From NCBI RefSeq assembly GCF_036321535.1, contig NC_087462.1, positions 1,798,001-1,862,000 on the forward strand: a DNA stretch of 64,000 nucleotides. Direction: 5' to 3'. Each line of letters starts with the position of its first letter. The stretch's first letter is position 1. The stretch comes from Camelus dromedarius (Eukaryota). Under the pieces are notes generated by a model. The model had not been told where the DNA came from and searched no databases. It saw nothing but the letters and a program-made list of their open reading frames with translations. Positions 23,935 to 36,400 of this stretch are shown here, one piece after another. The translations under genes and the position numbers were made by a program.

Positions 23935-24990
23935 CAGTCCCATTCTACAGAACAAGAAACTGAGACTCAAAGAGTTGGGGGGCACCACTCCAGGCCAGCC
24001 GGCGAAGATGCAAATCAGTAGCCTTGAACCTGCAGCTGATTCCAGAGCCTCAACTCCAAAGTGCCCTTTACTCTCACCCCACAGAAGTAGGCAACCACAC
24101 AAAACTTGGCACTTGATTTCCTGTCAGTTCACACGCCCCGCCCCCTGTGGAGCCCATGGGTGAAGAATCACTAGGCCAGGGTAGGACTGAACTTGGGCAC
24201 TATGAACGTTTGGGGCTGGACCGTTCTCTGTGGGGGCATCTTGGGCATTGTGGGGTGTGGAGCAGCCTCCTTGCCCTACCCACTGGATGCCAGGAGCCCC
24301 TCAGCTGTGACAGCCACAGATGTCCCCAGACATGGCCCAGTGTCCCCTGAGAGGACAATTCACAGGTCTAGGGAGAGGAAAAGCAGACAAAAAAAATAAT
24401 CAGAGAGAAACAAAAGAACATGGGGATACCACTCAGCAGGGATGCAGTGTGGGCACGTGTTTCCTGGCCCCTAATAATAAAAAAACTAGCTGTTCTTCAG
24501 GAAGCTCTAGAAAAGTAGCAGGAAGTGATTAGAGAATGTTCCCCATGTATTTAACCTCACAAGGACCCTAAGAGGCATACACTGCTACAGTCCCGATTGT
24601 AGGACGAAAGGGGAGCAGGAAAGAGGGAGCGACTTGTCCAAGCTTACAGAGTAAGCGACTTGTCCAAGCTTACAGAGTAAGCCTGTCAGAGGCGGAGGAG
24701 CGGCCCTTAACCCGACTTCTCCCATCTCGAGCACAAGACGCAGAAGACCCTCCGTGTGAATTCAGACTAACCACTGCTGACCCCTTTGAGCCCCGACTTG
24801 GCGCTGGGGGCCCTGTGGCTTTAATCCTCCCGGGAAGCCCCCCAGCCCAGGCAGGGACTGTGACGACGCCCGTTTTACAGAACGGGGGCAACTGAAGCTC
24901 CGAGAAGCCGAGAGGCGGGCCAAGGTCACCCAGGTGGGGAGTGGCGGCGATGGGACAAGAGCCCCGACTTGAACCCCACGAATTGGGGCC
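23935..24990 (-). mobile_element. Cluster of MIR SINE remnants (about 23935-24050, 24585-24720, 24865-24990)
   Basis: MIR cores cccattctacagaacaagaaactgagactca and cccgttttacagaacgggggcaactgaagctc. Confidence 0.6.
24628..24682. repeat. Perfect 26-bp tandem duplication
   Basis: AGCGACTTGTCCAAGCTTACAGAGTA at 24628-24653 and 24654-24679, plus 3 nt of a third unit. Confidence 0.95.
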
Positions 24991-25700
24991 CCCAATTCAA
25001 AAGGACCGTGTTTCCGGGAAGCAGCCCTCATCCAGCGAGCGCTCACGACGTGCGGGGCACTTTACCTCCCGCGGTCCACATACAGGCCTGCGAACACGCA
25101 TTCCTCGGGCCTGGGGTCCGCGCGAGGGAGACCTGGGGCCGGCAAGGGCCTGCCAGACGCCGCCCGGCCTCAGTTTCCCCCCGCGCCGCCCACTCACTGC
25201 ACCCTGCGGATCGCAGCCACTCTGGCCCCAGACCGACGTCCTCTTACAGGCCCTGGAACCCCCGGACTCCCGAAGCGCGGGCCTCAGGCCTGTGCGGCTC
25301 AGCGCCGAGCCCCTCACTCACCTCTCAGGCAGCCGAACCCCGACCCACCGACGGCCGCGCCTGCGCACCGCGGCGCCGCCCGGCCCCGCCCCCCCCCCAC
25401 CGCGACGCCTGCGCGGAAGGAGAAAGCGCCCGCCGGCGCTCATTCTGCGCAAGCGTGCCAATTATCAAGGCAGGAGTGAAAGGAAGTGACGCAATTTAGA
25501 AGCCGGGCCGAATTGGTCGTTGAGGCAACTGACCTCTGCGACCGAACGGAGGCCGGAAATCAGGACTGACTCGTCCTCTACAGCCGGGATGGAGTGGTGC
25601 ATGGTGGGACGGTGGTGGACTCTGGCTGGTTGGCAGAGCCCGCCACGTGGTGCAGCTGCGTTTGGGTCTCTGGCGCCCAGAGCATCACAGGCGCTCTTTA
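24990..25700 (-). promoter_or_regulatory. SGTA: SGTA CpG-island promoter
   Basis: NRF1-type GCGCCTGCGCA at 25357-25367; ETS-CRE composite GGAAGTGACG at 25482-25491; CCAAT at 25458-25462 and ATTGG at 25512-25516; CCGGAAAT at 25553-25560. Confidence 0.85.
25322..25420 (-). other. SGTA: SGTA exon 1 (non-coding)
   Basis: Minus-strand donor CTGAGAG|GTGAGT (GT = 25321-25320) in the CpG island. The TSS is approximate. Confidence 0.8.
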
Positions 25701-25734
25701 AATGGGAGCGACTGTTACCCAGTCACCGTCTTTG

Positions 25735-26125
25735 TTCATTTATTCATCCACCCATCCACCCACAAGTGCATTCTTTCATTCATTCAATCCATAAGAGTAG
25801 AGCAATACAGAGATATTTATTTACAACAGGTGCCTAACAATCAAATATTGCACACCAACTATAAAGACCAGAAAAATGCTTGCTTTCATTATCTTTTATT
25901 GGGGTGGACAAACTATAAACTAGTAAGCTAGTACATAAATGAACAAATTTTACTTAATGACAAGCGCTATGAAGAAAAAATGGGGTATTGTGATTGGGGA
26001 GGTAAGTTGGCTGGGATAGTTAGGGAAGGCCTCTTTGTCATGTGTGGATTTGGAGAAGGGGGCGGGCTGCGGGGCGGGGGTGGGGGGCAGGAAGAGCTCC
26101 AGGTACAGGAAACAGCGAAAATGAA
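25735..26125 (-). mobile_element. L2 remnant between the SGTA and THOP1 promoters
   Basis: ttcattcattcaatcc ... agatatttatttacaacaggtgcc ... gcgctatgaagaaaa ... tagggaaggcctct. Confidence 0.6.
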
Positions 26126-26809
26126 AACTAACGTAGAATAAAGGTTGAAGTCCTAAAGAGAGAAAAAATCAAGGGCGGGTAATGAGAAATTCCCTATTTA
26201 ATGACCGCCATTAGCATTAAAGTTGCCAGAAGTGTTCTCCCAATTCATTTTTATCCTACTTAAAACGCAAGCACGTGTAACATGCTTGGTTATTTTCATT
26301 TGTTTTGCAGAAACAAAGGAGGTGGGTTTGGGGGCCAGTTTAATTCTTGTTTTTTTTTTCCTGCGTACCTTAGACGGTTCAAGATTTTGTTCTAACCGAC
26401 AACACTAGATATAGGTCAGGCAGTTGCGCTGTTCCAAAACACCTGTTGTTTGAGGTCCTGGCTTCGTTCACTGAAGCTTTCTCGATATACTTACTTGCTT
26501 ACATTTGTGACTTTAAAGAAGTGTATGTTTAATTTAATTGATTAACTGAATTTAGCTGACAAATGTGGCTCACTTTCTCTGTTCATCAGATGCTAAGAAC
26601 CTGGGCAGGATGCTGGGAATGAGATGAGCGCCTGAGATGTGGTAAGCGATCACTAAAGGAGGACCTTAGATGAGGGAGAAAACTCGCAAAACTAGCCAAA
26701 TACACAATTGAGGTAGAAAGGAGGCAAGTACAAATTAATACAAGAGCTAGAAGCCTAAGGCGAAATACTGTTTGAAAGAACCACATGGAGGATCCGAGGC
26801 GCCAGCTGC

Positions 26810-27420
26810 GTGTAGGTTTCCATGGAAACGCACCTCCCTGGCCTCCTCAAGGGCTCCGCCCCCTTATCACCGGGAGCCAATGACGAGCAGGGGTGGTTCC
26901 AGCGCGTGCGCAGAGTGAGTCAGTGCCTTGGAGCACCGCTCCGGGGATGTGGGCGGAGCTGGGGCACGTGTGCGCCCCGTAGTCCTGCGCACGCGCTCTC
27001 CCAGCATTCAGTGGGCGCGCGGGCGGCGGGCGCCTCAGTCCCGAAGGCTGCGGCCGCTGAGTGGACAGTGTTGGCCGACCGCTGAGCCGACGCGGACCAG
27101 GTGGAGGGAGGGACCGCAGGTGCGCACCCGCTCGTCATGAAACCCCCCGCAGGTACCGGCCGCCCCTTGGTGCGTTCCTGCTCGCCGGTCCCGTGCGCCC
27201 CAAGCGCCCTGGCGCCCCCCTGGGTCGCCCCCAGGGCCTAAAAGCCGAGCCCAGTGACCCCCGAGTGACCGGGGCCGGGGCGGGGGTGGGGGTCTGTGAG
27301 CCCAGAACCCCGCCCCCTCGGTTGCCGAATGAATGAACCAGCTTTTCCGGCTCTTCACTCATTCGTCAAACTCCGTGTCGCTTCTGCTGAGGACGGGTCG
27401 TGCTGTGGTCTGGCGGACTC
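26810..27420 (+). promoter_or_regulatory. THOP1: THOP1 CpG-island promoter
   Basis: Palindromic X-box GTTTCCATGGAAAC at 26816-26829; GC box CTCCGCCCC at 26854-26862; CCAAT at 26877-26881 overlapping half-CRE TGACG. Confidence 0.85.
27137..27152 (+). CDS. THOP1: THOP1 exon 1 (coding part)
   Basis: ATG AAA CCC CCC GCA G|gtaccg (MKPPA). Confidence 0.95.
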
Positions 27421-30400
27421 TCAGGGAGTCCTAGATGCAGTTCCAGAGCCGGAGACGGACGTTCGACAAGCAAAAAGCAGGCGAGGGCTTTAGAGAGTGG
27501 TCGGTGCTTCTTTAGGGAGAGCGGCCCTGGAGGGCTTCTCGGAGGAGGAGGTGGCATTTAGAAGCAACTGTCCTGCCAAGACCTGCGGGAGGAGCGTCCC
27601 AGGTGGTGGGAACCGCGAAGGCAAAGGCGGGGAGGCCAGCACACGGGTAACGCGTTTGGAGAGCAAGTCGTTGTGGCTAGAACGTAGCTGGGGGGTCCCG
27701 TTTATGTTAACGGCAAAGGGGCGTAATGGAACGGTTTTCACTTAGAGGAAGAATGTGAGCCGCATACTCTATTTTAGAAAACCGCTCAGGTTGCTGAGTG
27801 GGGGCTCCCGGAACTTTCTCTTGCCCTCCTAACCACCTCACCCCACCCCACCCCCAGCTCTTTCTGCAGCCCTTTGAGATGATGATGATAATTGTATTAA
27901 TGATAAAATCATAATTAGGGTTATTCAAGCCTCGGGAAGGAATGTCATTTGCCTTGTTTGCTGCAGAGTTGTTAGCTCAGAGCCCTGGCACGTAAGGTGG
28001 TAATCAGCAAATATTTGTGAAGTGAATGGATCTGCTCAAAGTTTACAAATCCTAGCTCTTCCAGGAGGTTTTCCTGACAATTCCAGCTTGTGCGGATCTC
28101 CCACTTTTCCTGAGCTCCTGGAGCCCTTCTTTACCACCAAATTTAATGCAGACCTACAGTCCCTCTTCTGCAATTCTGAAATCCAAAATACTGTGCAAAC
28201 AAAGATTTTCCCTAAGTTCACAGCAGTCATTTCGCTGGAAAAAGCTAACCTCTACTGACTTAAGAGCCTTTTTTTCTTTCCGCCTAATGTGTGTCCTTTG
28301 TCCTCAGCTGGAGTGATTGTGTCCCCCCCCAGAGGACACTTGGCCATGTCCGGGGACATCTGTGGTCATCATGACTGGGAGGCTCCTGGCATTGAGTGGG
28401 TTGGGGCAGGGAGGCTGCTCCACACCCTGCAGTGCCCGGGATGGTTCCCCACAGAGAATGACCTAGCCACGAATGTTAATGCTGTTAAAAAAACAAACAG
28501 AAACAAAACCTACCCAAGAGACACCAAACACAGGCTGGAGCCAGCAGCACCCTGCAAAGACCCCCAGTAGGCGGGGGTCTCAAAAGGGGGTGTCCGGCAT
28601 CACCGTGGCCCCCGCTCCATTCCTGCCTGCCACAAGAGGGAAATGGGGCACAGGTGGGTGTTTCCTGGAGTAGCACCTTCTACTCACTGTGCACCACACA
28701 CCCCGCTGGGGGGAGTGCACAGTCCCCCCATTCACTCAAGTAATTTGGGACAGGTGTGGCCATCACAGACCTGCAAGTGCTCCTAGAGTGCCGTTGGGTG
28801 GCCTCTCAGAAAGCGATGAGAAAAGGAAGACTGGCACGGGAAACTTGTTGAAGAAAGCCAGTGTGGCGGGGCACAGAGAAGTTGGCAAAACCATCTGGCC
28901 AAACCTGCCATGCTGGACCCAGTAGAGTCTGGGCAGTGGAGAGCAGGGGTCAGTCTGTATAGGACCACATGGGTTAGACTTGACTGTACACTTCAGTCAA
29001 AGCAGAAGCAGTTTTAGCTCTGGGGCTGGACAAAAACAGGCAAGCCGTTGTTTGCCAGCTCCTGGTGTAGGCTCCTATAAAGCGGATGGACTTCAACCCT
29101 GAGTGCATGGTGGAGCCCTGGGAAGGGAACAGGACCTGACCCCTGGGTGTGCAGATTTACAAAGGTGGGGTGAACATAGTCCACTGGTGCACAGTGTGGG
29201 GGCTAAAGTAGGCCGCCTGGCTTTGAACCACACCTCTGCCGCTTGCTGGCTGTGGATCATGGCAAGAGCCCCGAACTCTACAGACCTCAGAATTCCCATC
29301 TGTGAGGCGGGGCAACATAGGATTCTTATATAGAACTGTCTGAGGAGTCAGTGAGGTCACAATATCCCTGAATACTGCAGGAGGGTTTTAAAGTGATGGC
29401 TGTTGTTTGAGACCATGATTTATTATCCAAACACTGGGGGCTAGGGATGTTTCACTAGTCAGGACGTCCTCCTCGTTCAGAAACGTGATATAGTACGAAT
29501 GCCACGTCCAGGGAGGTGGTGGGTAACACCCTGTAATCTAAGGGCTCTTTCAGTGAGATGCAGGAATACGGTGGACGTCCACCTCTGCACTGCTGGCGTT
29601 TGGGGCTGGGTCTCTCCTGGGGGGCTCTCCCGACACTGGGCTGTTGAGAGGCATGCCTGATCCCACTGATGGAGCAGTGTCCTTTCCTAGTCATGGCAAC
29701 CACAGACATCCCTGAGTGTCCCCTGGGGACAGGATCACCTTGTGCTCTAGAGGACCAATTGCCCTGTGTGTCCCCACAAAGCCCCTGGGCCTTGCTCATC
29801 TGCTTGGAGAAACGGTGGTCCCCTCCTCCCCTGCTTCCCATTACTCTGATTCTGATTCTGGGCCTGAAGCAGACACACTGGGTGTGGGGTTCTGTCTTCG
29901 TGTCCAGCCTGCGCAGGAGATGCCCTGGACGTGGTGGCGCCGTGCTCGGCGGTAAACTATCTCCGGTGGGACCTGAGCGCCCAGCAAATCAGGGAGCTCA
30001 CCGCCGAGCTCATCGAGCAGACCAAGCGCGTGTATGACCGCGTGGGCTCCCAGGAGCTCCAGGATGTGTCCTACGAGAACACTCTCAAGGCGCTGGCCGA
30101 TGTGGAGGTGTCCTATACAGGTAAGCCAGGGCGGGGTCCAGGCAGGGAGGCGGCAGCTCAGGCCTGGACCCTGTGCAGGGTGACGCCGCCTCCTCCCTGG
30201 GGGGCCGATGGAGAAATGCGCTGACCAGGTAAAGGCGCCTAGTGGGTACTGGTCAGCGGGAGGCAGCCTGGAGGGTAGCCAGTGCCCCTGTGCCCTCTTC
30301 CATGCCCCCCAGACACGGCCTGCACGCTGTCCCTGGGTCCAGGTCATCTGAGGGCCCAGAGCGGGCAGCATCGGACAGTGTTTGAAGCCCTCCTGTCCCT

Positions 30401-33400
30401 GAGCCAGCACAGGTGCCAGCCTTGAAACTGGAGCCCTTCTCACCCTTCCCACTGCCCTGTGCTCCGGTAACCTGATGCCGCCACCCCGTGGCTCCTTCCT
30501 CCTCTCCTCTGTGGGGTCAGGTGGACAGAGCCTGGCTCCCGGAGCCCCTTTGGAGGCTGACAAGGCAGAAAACTCCAAGCCATGGAAACCCCCACCCCCA
30601 AAGCTCTAGGAAAGTTGTTTTTCTGGGAACCATCTAGAACCCCTCAGTTCCAGCTGTAGGATCCTCACGTGTCCCTGACTCCTCACCCTGCCAGGTCTGC
30701 CAGCCCCTGGCCTGTGGCTCAGACTCCCGTGGGCCCGCTGTTGCAGGGGGCTGGTGTGCTGTGGGCCCGGAGCTGAGGGCTGCGGCCCAGGCGGCGGGTG
30801 GGCCTCGGTCTCTCCTCGTCCCTGGCAGGAGGCCCTGAAGGGTTGATGATGCAATTCCACTTACCCAGCGTGACCCTGCCAGACGTGATTTCATTTCCCC
30901 ACCCCTACTCCCGAGGCTTCTGATTCCTGTCTCCCCTTAGTAGCCTGGGTAATTTTAAAGAAAACTAGAATTGAACCGTGGCACTCCCCTCGGCCTGCCC
31001 TTAGTGCCTTCCCACTGCCCTCGAGGTGAAGGTGGGGCCCTCAACGTGGCCTTTGGTGCCCGCCTCGTGCCACCTTGCACCTCCTCCTGGGGCTCCGTGC
31101 CGGCCTGGATGTCCTCGCCGCCCTGCTTTGCCAGGTGTCGGGTTCTCTGAGCCCAGATGGACCTCTGCCCCTGGCGCCCCTCCCGCGCCCCCTCGCCCCA
31201 GCCCGCCGCCGGGACTAATCCCCCGTTCTGCTCTTCTGTTGTCACACTCGGTGCAGCCACAGCCTGCAAATCCCCGAAGGACAGAGGCTGTTTCTGTCCT
31301 TTTCACGGCTCTCTCCAGAGGCCCCCTGTGTTTGGTCTAGTCAGCTGAGCGGGTCACTGCCCCATGGAGGTCTCCTTGGGGCCGCTCACCCACCAGACCT
31401 GCGGACAGTGTCATCGGCCTGAAGCCGTGGAAGCCAGCAAACTATGATTTTAATTCAGGTCTCCCCACTGCAAAGGACATGCTTTTTAGACTGCTCTGTT
31501 GAGATAGAATTTGTATACTATGTACATTTCTTTAGATTTTTGTTTAGTATATTTAGAACACACAGTACCACTATCTAATTTTAGAACATTTCTGTCACCC
31601 CAGAAAGAAGCTCTACCCCCATTATCACCATCCCCCAGCACCAGACAACCAGGAGCCCCCTCTCTGTCTGTGGATGGGTCTGTTCTGGACGTCTCACATC
31701 CATGGAATCACACTGTGTGTCCTTCTGTGTCTGCTTCGTGCGCCCAGGGTCCGTCCCCATGGGAGCGGGTGTCAGGGCTGCTCTCCTTTCTGTGGCTGAG
31801 TGATGCTCCCGTGTGTGGAGGGACAGGTGTGTTCATTCATCTGCTGATGGACATCTGGGTTGTGTCCACTGTTTGCTTATTACGGATCATGCTGCTGGGA
31901 TCGCGTGTGTCCCAGCTTTCTGGTGGACAGTGTTCCGTCTCTCTTGGGTATCCCCCTGGAAGTGGCATTGCTGGGTCATATGGGGGCCCTACTAACCCTG
32001 TTCACAGAGTGTGCACCGTGGTGTAAACTCACCGGGATGTGGGGCAGACCCGTCGGCAGCTGGGGCTCTCTTTCTAGCATTGAGTCCCTCCAGCCTCTCC
32101 TGTGCTGCTCTGTTACCTTCCTGGGCTTGGGGTGTCGTGAGTGAGTCCATTGAGTCCATTCCCACTCGGACTGTGAGGTCCCTGAGGACGTGGGCGGCTG
32201 TGCTCTGGACCAGGGCTGCCGTGGAGTGCTAGCTGAGGACTCGGTGACGCGGATGAGCCCTCTGCCAGGGCTGAGGCCGGCACTCGCCAGGTTCTGTGCG
32301 GGGCCCAGCCTCACAGCTGCCCCTTCGTCCCCCCATTTCAGTTCAGAGGAACATCCTGGACTTTCCCCAGCATGTGTCCCCATCCAAGGACATCCGGGCG
32401 GCCAGCACGGAGGCGGACAAGAAGCTGTCGGAGTTCGACGTGGAGATGAGCATGAGGCAGGATGTGTACCAGAGGATCGTGTGGCTGCAGGTGAGTGAGT
32501 TTCTGTTCCTCTAAGAGAAAGCGTTAAAAACATGACAAAGCCAAGCGAAGAGGAAAGAAAAGAAGTCTGAGACACCTCGGACTCCAGGATCCCTTCCACG
32601 CCCGCCGTCCTGGCCCTCTCCCGACCTCACTGGCGCCACCCGGAGGGTGCGTCCCACCTGCCCCATGAGGCTGGGGGATGAGGGGCACGCATGTGCAGGG
32701 CCCGCCCAGTCGGTGCCCTCACATCTGGCTGAGCGCCGCCGCTCCCATGGCAGGCGCTGCGGATGCTTCTCGTGTCACTGGTGGGCGTTCCCTCGGGAGC
32801 AGGGGGAGCCGCAGGGAGCTTTGTGCAAACTCGGTGCAGACGGCTCTGGAAGCGCAGTGGGGTTTCTTTTAATTGAAGTGTTTATTGAGACAGTTGCGAG
32901 TTCACCCGCTCTGCCCAGTGTGCCCCGGGGTCCGGTTCTGGGAGTCAAGTCAGCCTCACGCAGGACCCTGACGGCGCTGCCCGCCCCTCGCCCCACCCTG
33001 CGGGAGGCCCTGGGCCGCTATCGCTTCTGGGCTGTTCCCAGTAAGGGCACATCTGTGGCAGGTTCTGTGAGGACGGAGTCTCCGGTTCTCCAGGGTGACC
33101 GCCCTGCCGGGCCCTGGGAGAGGGGCTGCTTCGCTTTGTTGGAAGCCGCCCGGCTTCTGTCCCCGGCGGCCCCCCCGCGGCCTGGCGCTTGGCACTGCCC
33201 GGGCCTCATCAGAAGCACACCTGTGGGTTTCTCGTTCTAGGAGAAAGTCCAGAAGGACTCGCTGAAGCCCGAGGCGTTGCGGTACCTGGACCGGCTCGTC
33301 AAGCTGGGCAGGAGGAACGGCCTCCACCTGCCAGTGGACACACAGGAGGCAAGTGCCCACCCGCCTGAAGGCCCAGCCCCCGGCCGAAAGGAGGGTCTGC

Positions 33401-36400
33401 CCTTGGGTCTCTGGGGTCACAAGGGGCTCCGCAGCCAAGGAGAGTGTGAGGGGGCACAGGCCGTGTCAGCCCCTCTCTGAGTCCCTCCCAGCCTGCACCC
33501 CCATCCGGTCCCCCCGGGCTCCTGGGCGAAGGTCTTGAGGAAGAACCCCCTCCTCTGGAGTCTCCTCCACCTGCAGCACCTGCTCCCGCCCATCCTGACA
33601 CCGGGCCTGGGGGCTCTCCCACAGCCACTCTGACAGCCCGTGTCCTCCAGCTCAGCTCTGTCCCCACCCACCCAGGGACAGCGTCGGAGCCCGGGGTTCA
33701 GGGCTCAGGTTGTCCTCTGTTCTTCTGGCTGACGGGCTGTCAGAGGCTCCCACGTCCCCTCCCTGGGTTCCGTGGATTTGCTAGAGCGTCCCCCAGAGCT
33801 GGGGAAAGCAGTCGACACACTGGGTCCCCAGGTTGTTACAGAGGAAAGGCCAGAAGCGGGGTATGCGGGGGAGGGGCGGGAAAGGGCACCCGGCTTCCTG
33901 CCCTCGCCGGGCACCACCCTCCTTACCTGGCATCGCCCTCCTGACGCCTCCACGTGTTCACCACCCGGAAGATCTCTGAACCCCATCCTTTTGGGTTTTT
34001 ACTGTTGGCAACTGATTCAATCTCCAGCCCTGAGCCCTGTGTCCTCCTGGGAAGTGGGGAGGGGTGGGGCTAAAAGTCCCTGAGGTTTTAGGTCTTAAGA
34101 GCTGTGTGCCAGGAATGGGCGCCCCGACCAAACGTAACTTTGTTCTTACAAGTCAGAGTCTCACGTGCGGTGTCTCTGGCTCCCAGCTGGGCACCAAGGC
34201 TGGGAGGGTGACGAGAGGCCGACAAGTGTGGTGTCTGCCTTCACCACTCTCTTTCTGCTGAGCCAGGCAGCCCCACGACTGCCCGGGGCTCCCGACGGGC
34301 TCACGCCCCCCACCCCGGGCCTGTCTCCGCCGGTCCTCCCAGCCTCCTGCGAGGCCTTGCCCTGCTTCCTGAAGCAGCAGTGTGTCCCCCCTTTGGCCGG
34401 TGCTGCCATTCCCGTCGGTGTGGCCCCACACCCTCCAGGGCCGAGCTGTGGCCAGTGGGGCTGTGAGGCTGCAGTGAGACCAGGCCTGCACCCAGCAGAG
34501 GCTGCCCACCACGCCAGTGGTTCGGAGCCAGTGCTGCCCGAGGAGCCTGGCAGAGCCATGGGGCCGCTGCCTCCACCCACCTCGTCCTGACGGGCAGGTC
34601 GGCTCTGGCCACTGCGGGGCTGCGGTCCTGCCGAGGGGCTGGGCAGGTTCCCCAGGGAGTTGCTCCCTCGCCCACACTCAGTTGACTTTTGCTTTGAAAA
34701 ACCAGACTGAGCCCGAGAAAACAAAAGTTCAGCTCCCTTAAAATGGCTGGAGCCCAGGCTCCCGACCCTGGAGGTAGCTCCCGAGAGGAGAGGGTCGGGC
34801 CTAGCAGATGGGACCCCAGCCCCGGGGTCCCCGCAGCCCTCTTGTTCCTGCCTCTTCTCCCTGGGGGCCCCTCCTGTCCCCGTGCATGTCCCAGCTCTCA
34901 CGGTGGCCTCCTTCCTTCAGAAAATCAAGAGCATCAAGAAGAAGCTGAGCCTCCTGTGCATCGACTTCAATAAGAACCTGAACGAGGACACGACCGTCCT
35001 GCCGTTCTCGCGCGAGGAGCTGGGTGCGCCAGGCGGTGCGGTGGCGCGAGGGCCGGCCGCGGAGGGCCTTCTTCCCACCCCCGGGCCCTCAGCGTCTGGA
35101 GCCCAGGGTTCTGGATCCTTCCCTGGGGAGGGGGAGGGCTGTGATCTGTCTGCCGAGATTCTGCCTGACCCGCAGGCGTCCCCCAGACCCCCGCCTGCTC
35201 TCCGTGACGCCTGTCCTTTCATCTCTGGGCCCTCCTGCAGCTGGCTGTGCGTGGGGCCCGGAGGGGCTGGGGCCTGGATGGCTTTCTTAGCTTCTGCTCT
35301 CTTCCCCAAATGCTCTGGAACACGTCACACCTGTGGGAAAGTGGCAGCAATAGTACGAGGGAGACCCCGTGGGCCCCGGGACGCTGTGTGTGTGCTGTTC
35401 CTGAGCCCAGCCCTCCTTACGCGTCCCCCCAGGAAGTAGGGCACCAAGCAGGTCCCCTAGCCATCCCTAGGACCGTCGTGACGTTTCTGTCCCTCTGGCT
35501 CCTCTCAGGCCTCGAGCACCACTTTCAATTCTGTCTCTCCAGGCTCCTCTCCGGTCGAACAGTTCCTCAGCCTTGACAACCTTCCTTCCATCTTTCCCAC
35601 GTTGACAGTTTGGAGAGACCCAGGCCGGGTGGGCAGTGGCCTCTGAACTCTGCCCAGGGGCTCAGCCCTACAAGGGGCTGAGTATCCAAGCCAGTTCTGT
35701 GCGTCAGGGTTTGCCTGTGACACAGCATTTCCCTGGGGTGATCGCCGGCCTCTGGGATCCCGCAGCTGAAACCGCTCGCACTCGCCGTCCCATGGGGCTG
35801 CTTTTCCGCCCACCTGTCCAGCCCAGGGGCCCCGCGGTCTTGGCCCAGCCTCCTGTGCCGGAGCATGAACCCTCAGCCCCGTGGAGCACACGCTGCAAAC
35901 CCCAGCCTCACAGGGCAGGGCAGCGGCCAGATGTATGTGGTCAGCCCAGCAGGGTGGGGCCCATCTGCAGTTTCAGTTCCAGCTGAGCTGGAGCCCCGCT
36001 GGCTTCCTCCGGCTGGGAAAGGAGGCGGGGTGTCATCTTACACAAGCATGGATGGTCTGTTTCTGTCTTGTTTCCCTCTCAGTCACATACACGTGTGTTT
36101 ACAGGTGTATAAAACTTCATTTCCTTTTCCTAAGTCTTCATCCCTTGGTTAAGGCGATTTCCACCAGGCGTCCCTGTAGCATCACTGGTTCCCCTTCGTA
36201 AGCAGTGATCTTCCCAGAGATGCTTAGACACCGCGGCTCCTCGCATCTTGCCCGCTAGTTCTTCATCAGCGGATGATTCTCTAACTCCACGGTCTTTGTC
36301 AGTTTGTGTCCTCTTGTGAGTCAGAAGGGCTCCCGCCCCTCTTGTGTTTACTGCCCGATCTCTGTCCGCCCGTGGACTGAGAGGTCTCTCTTATTCAGGG

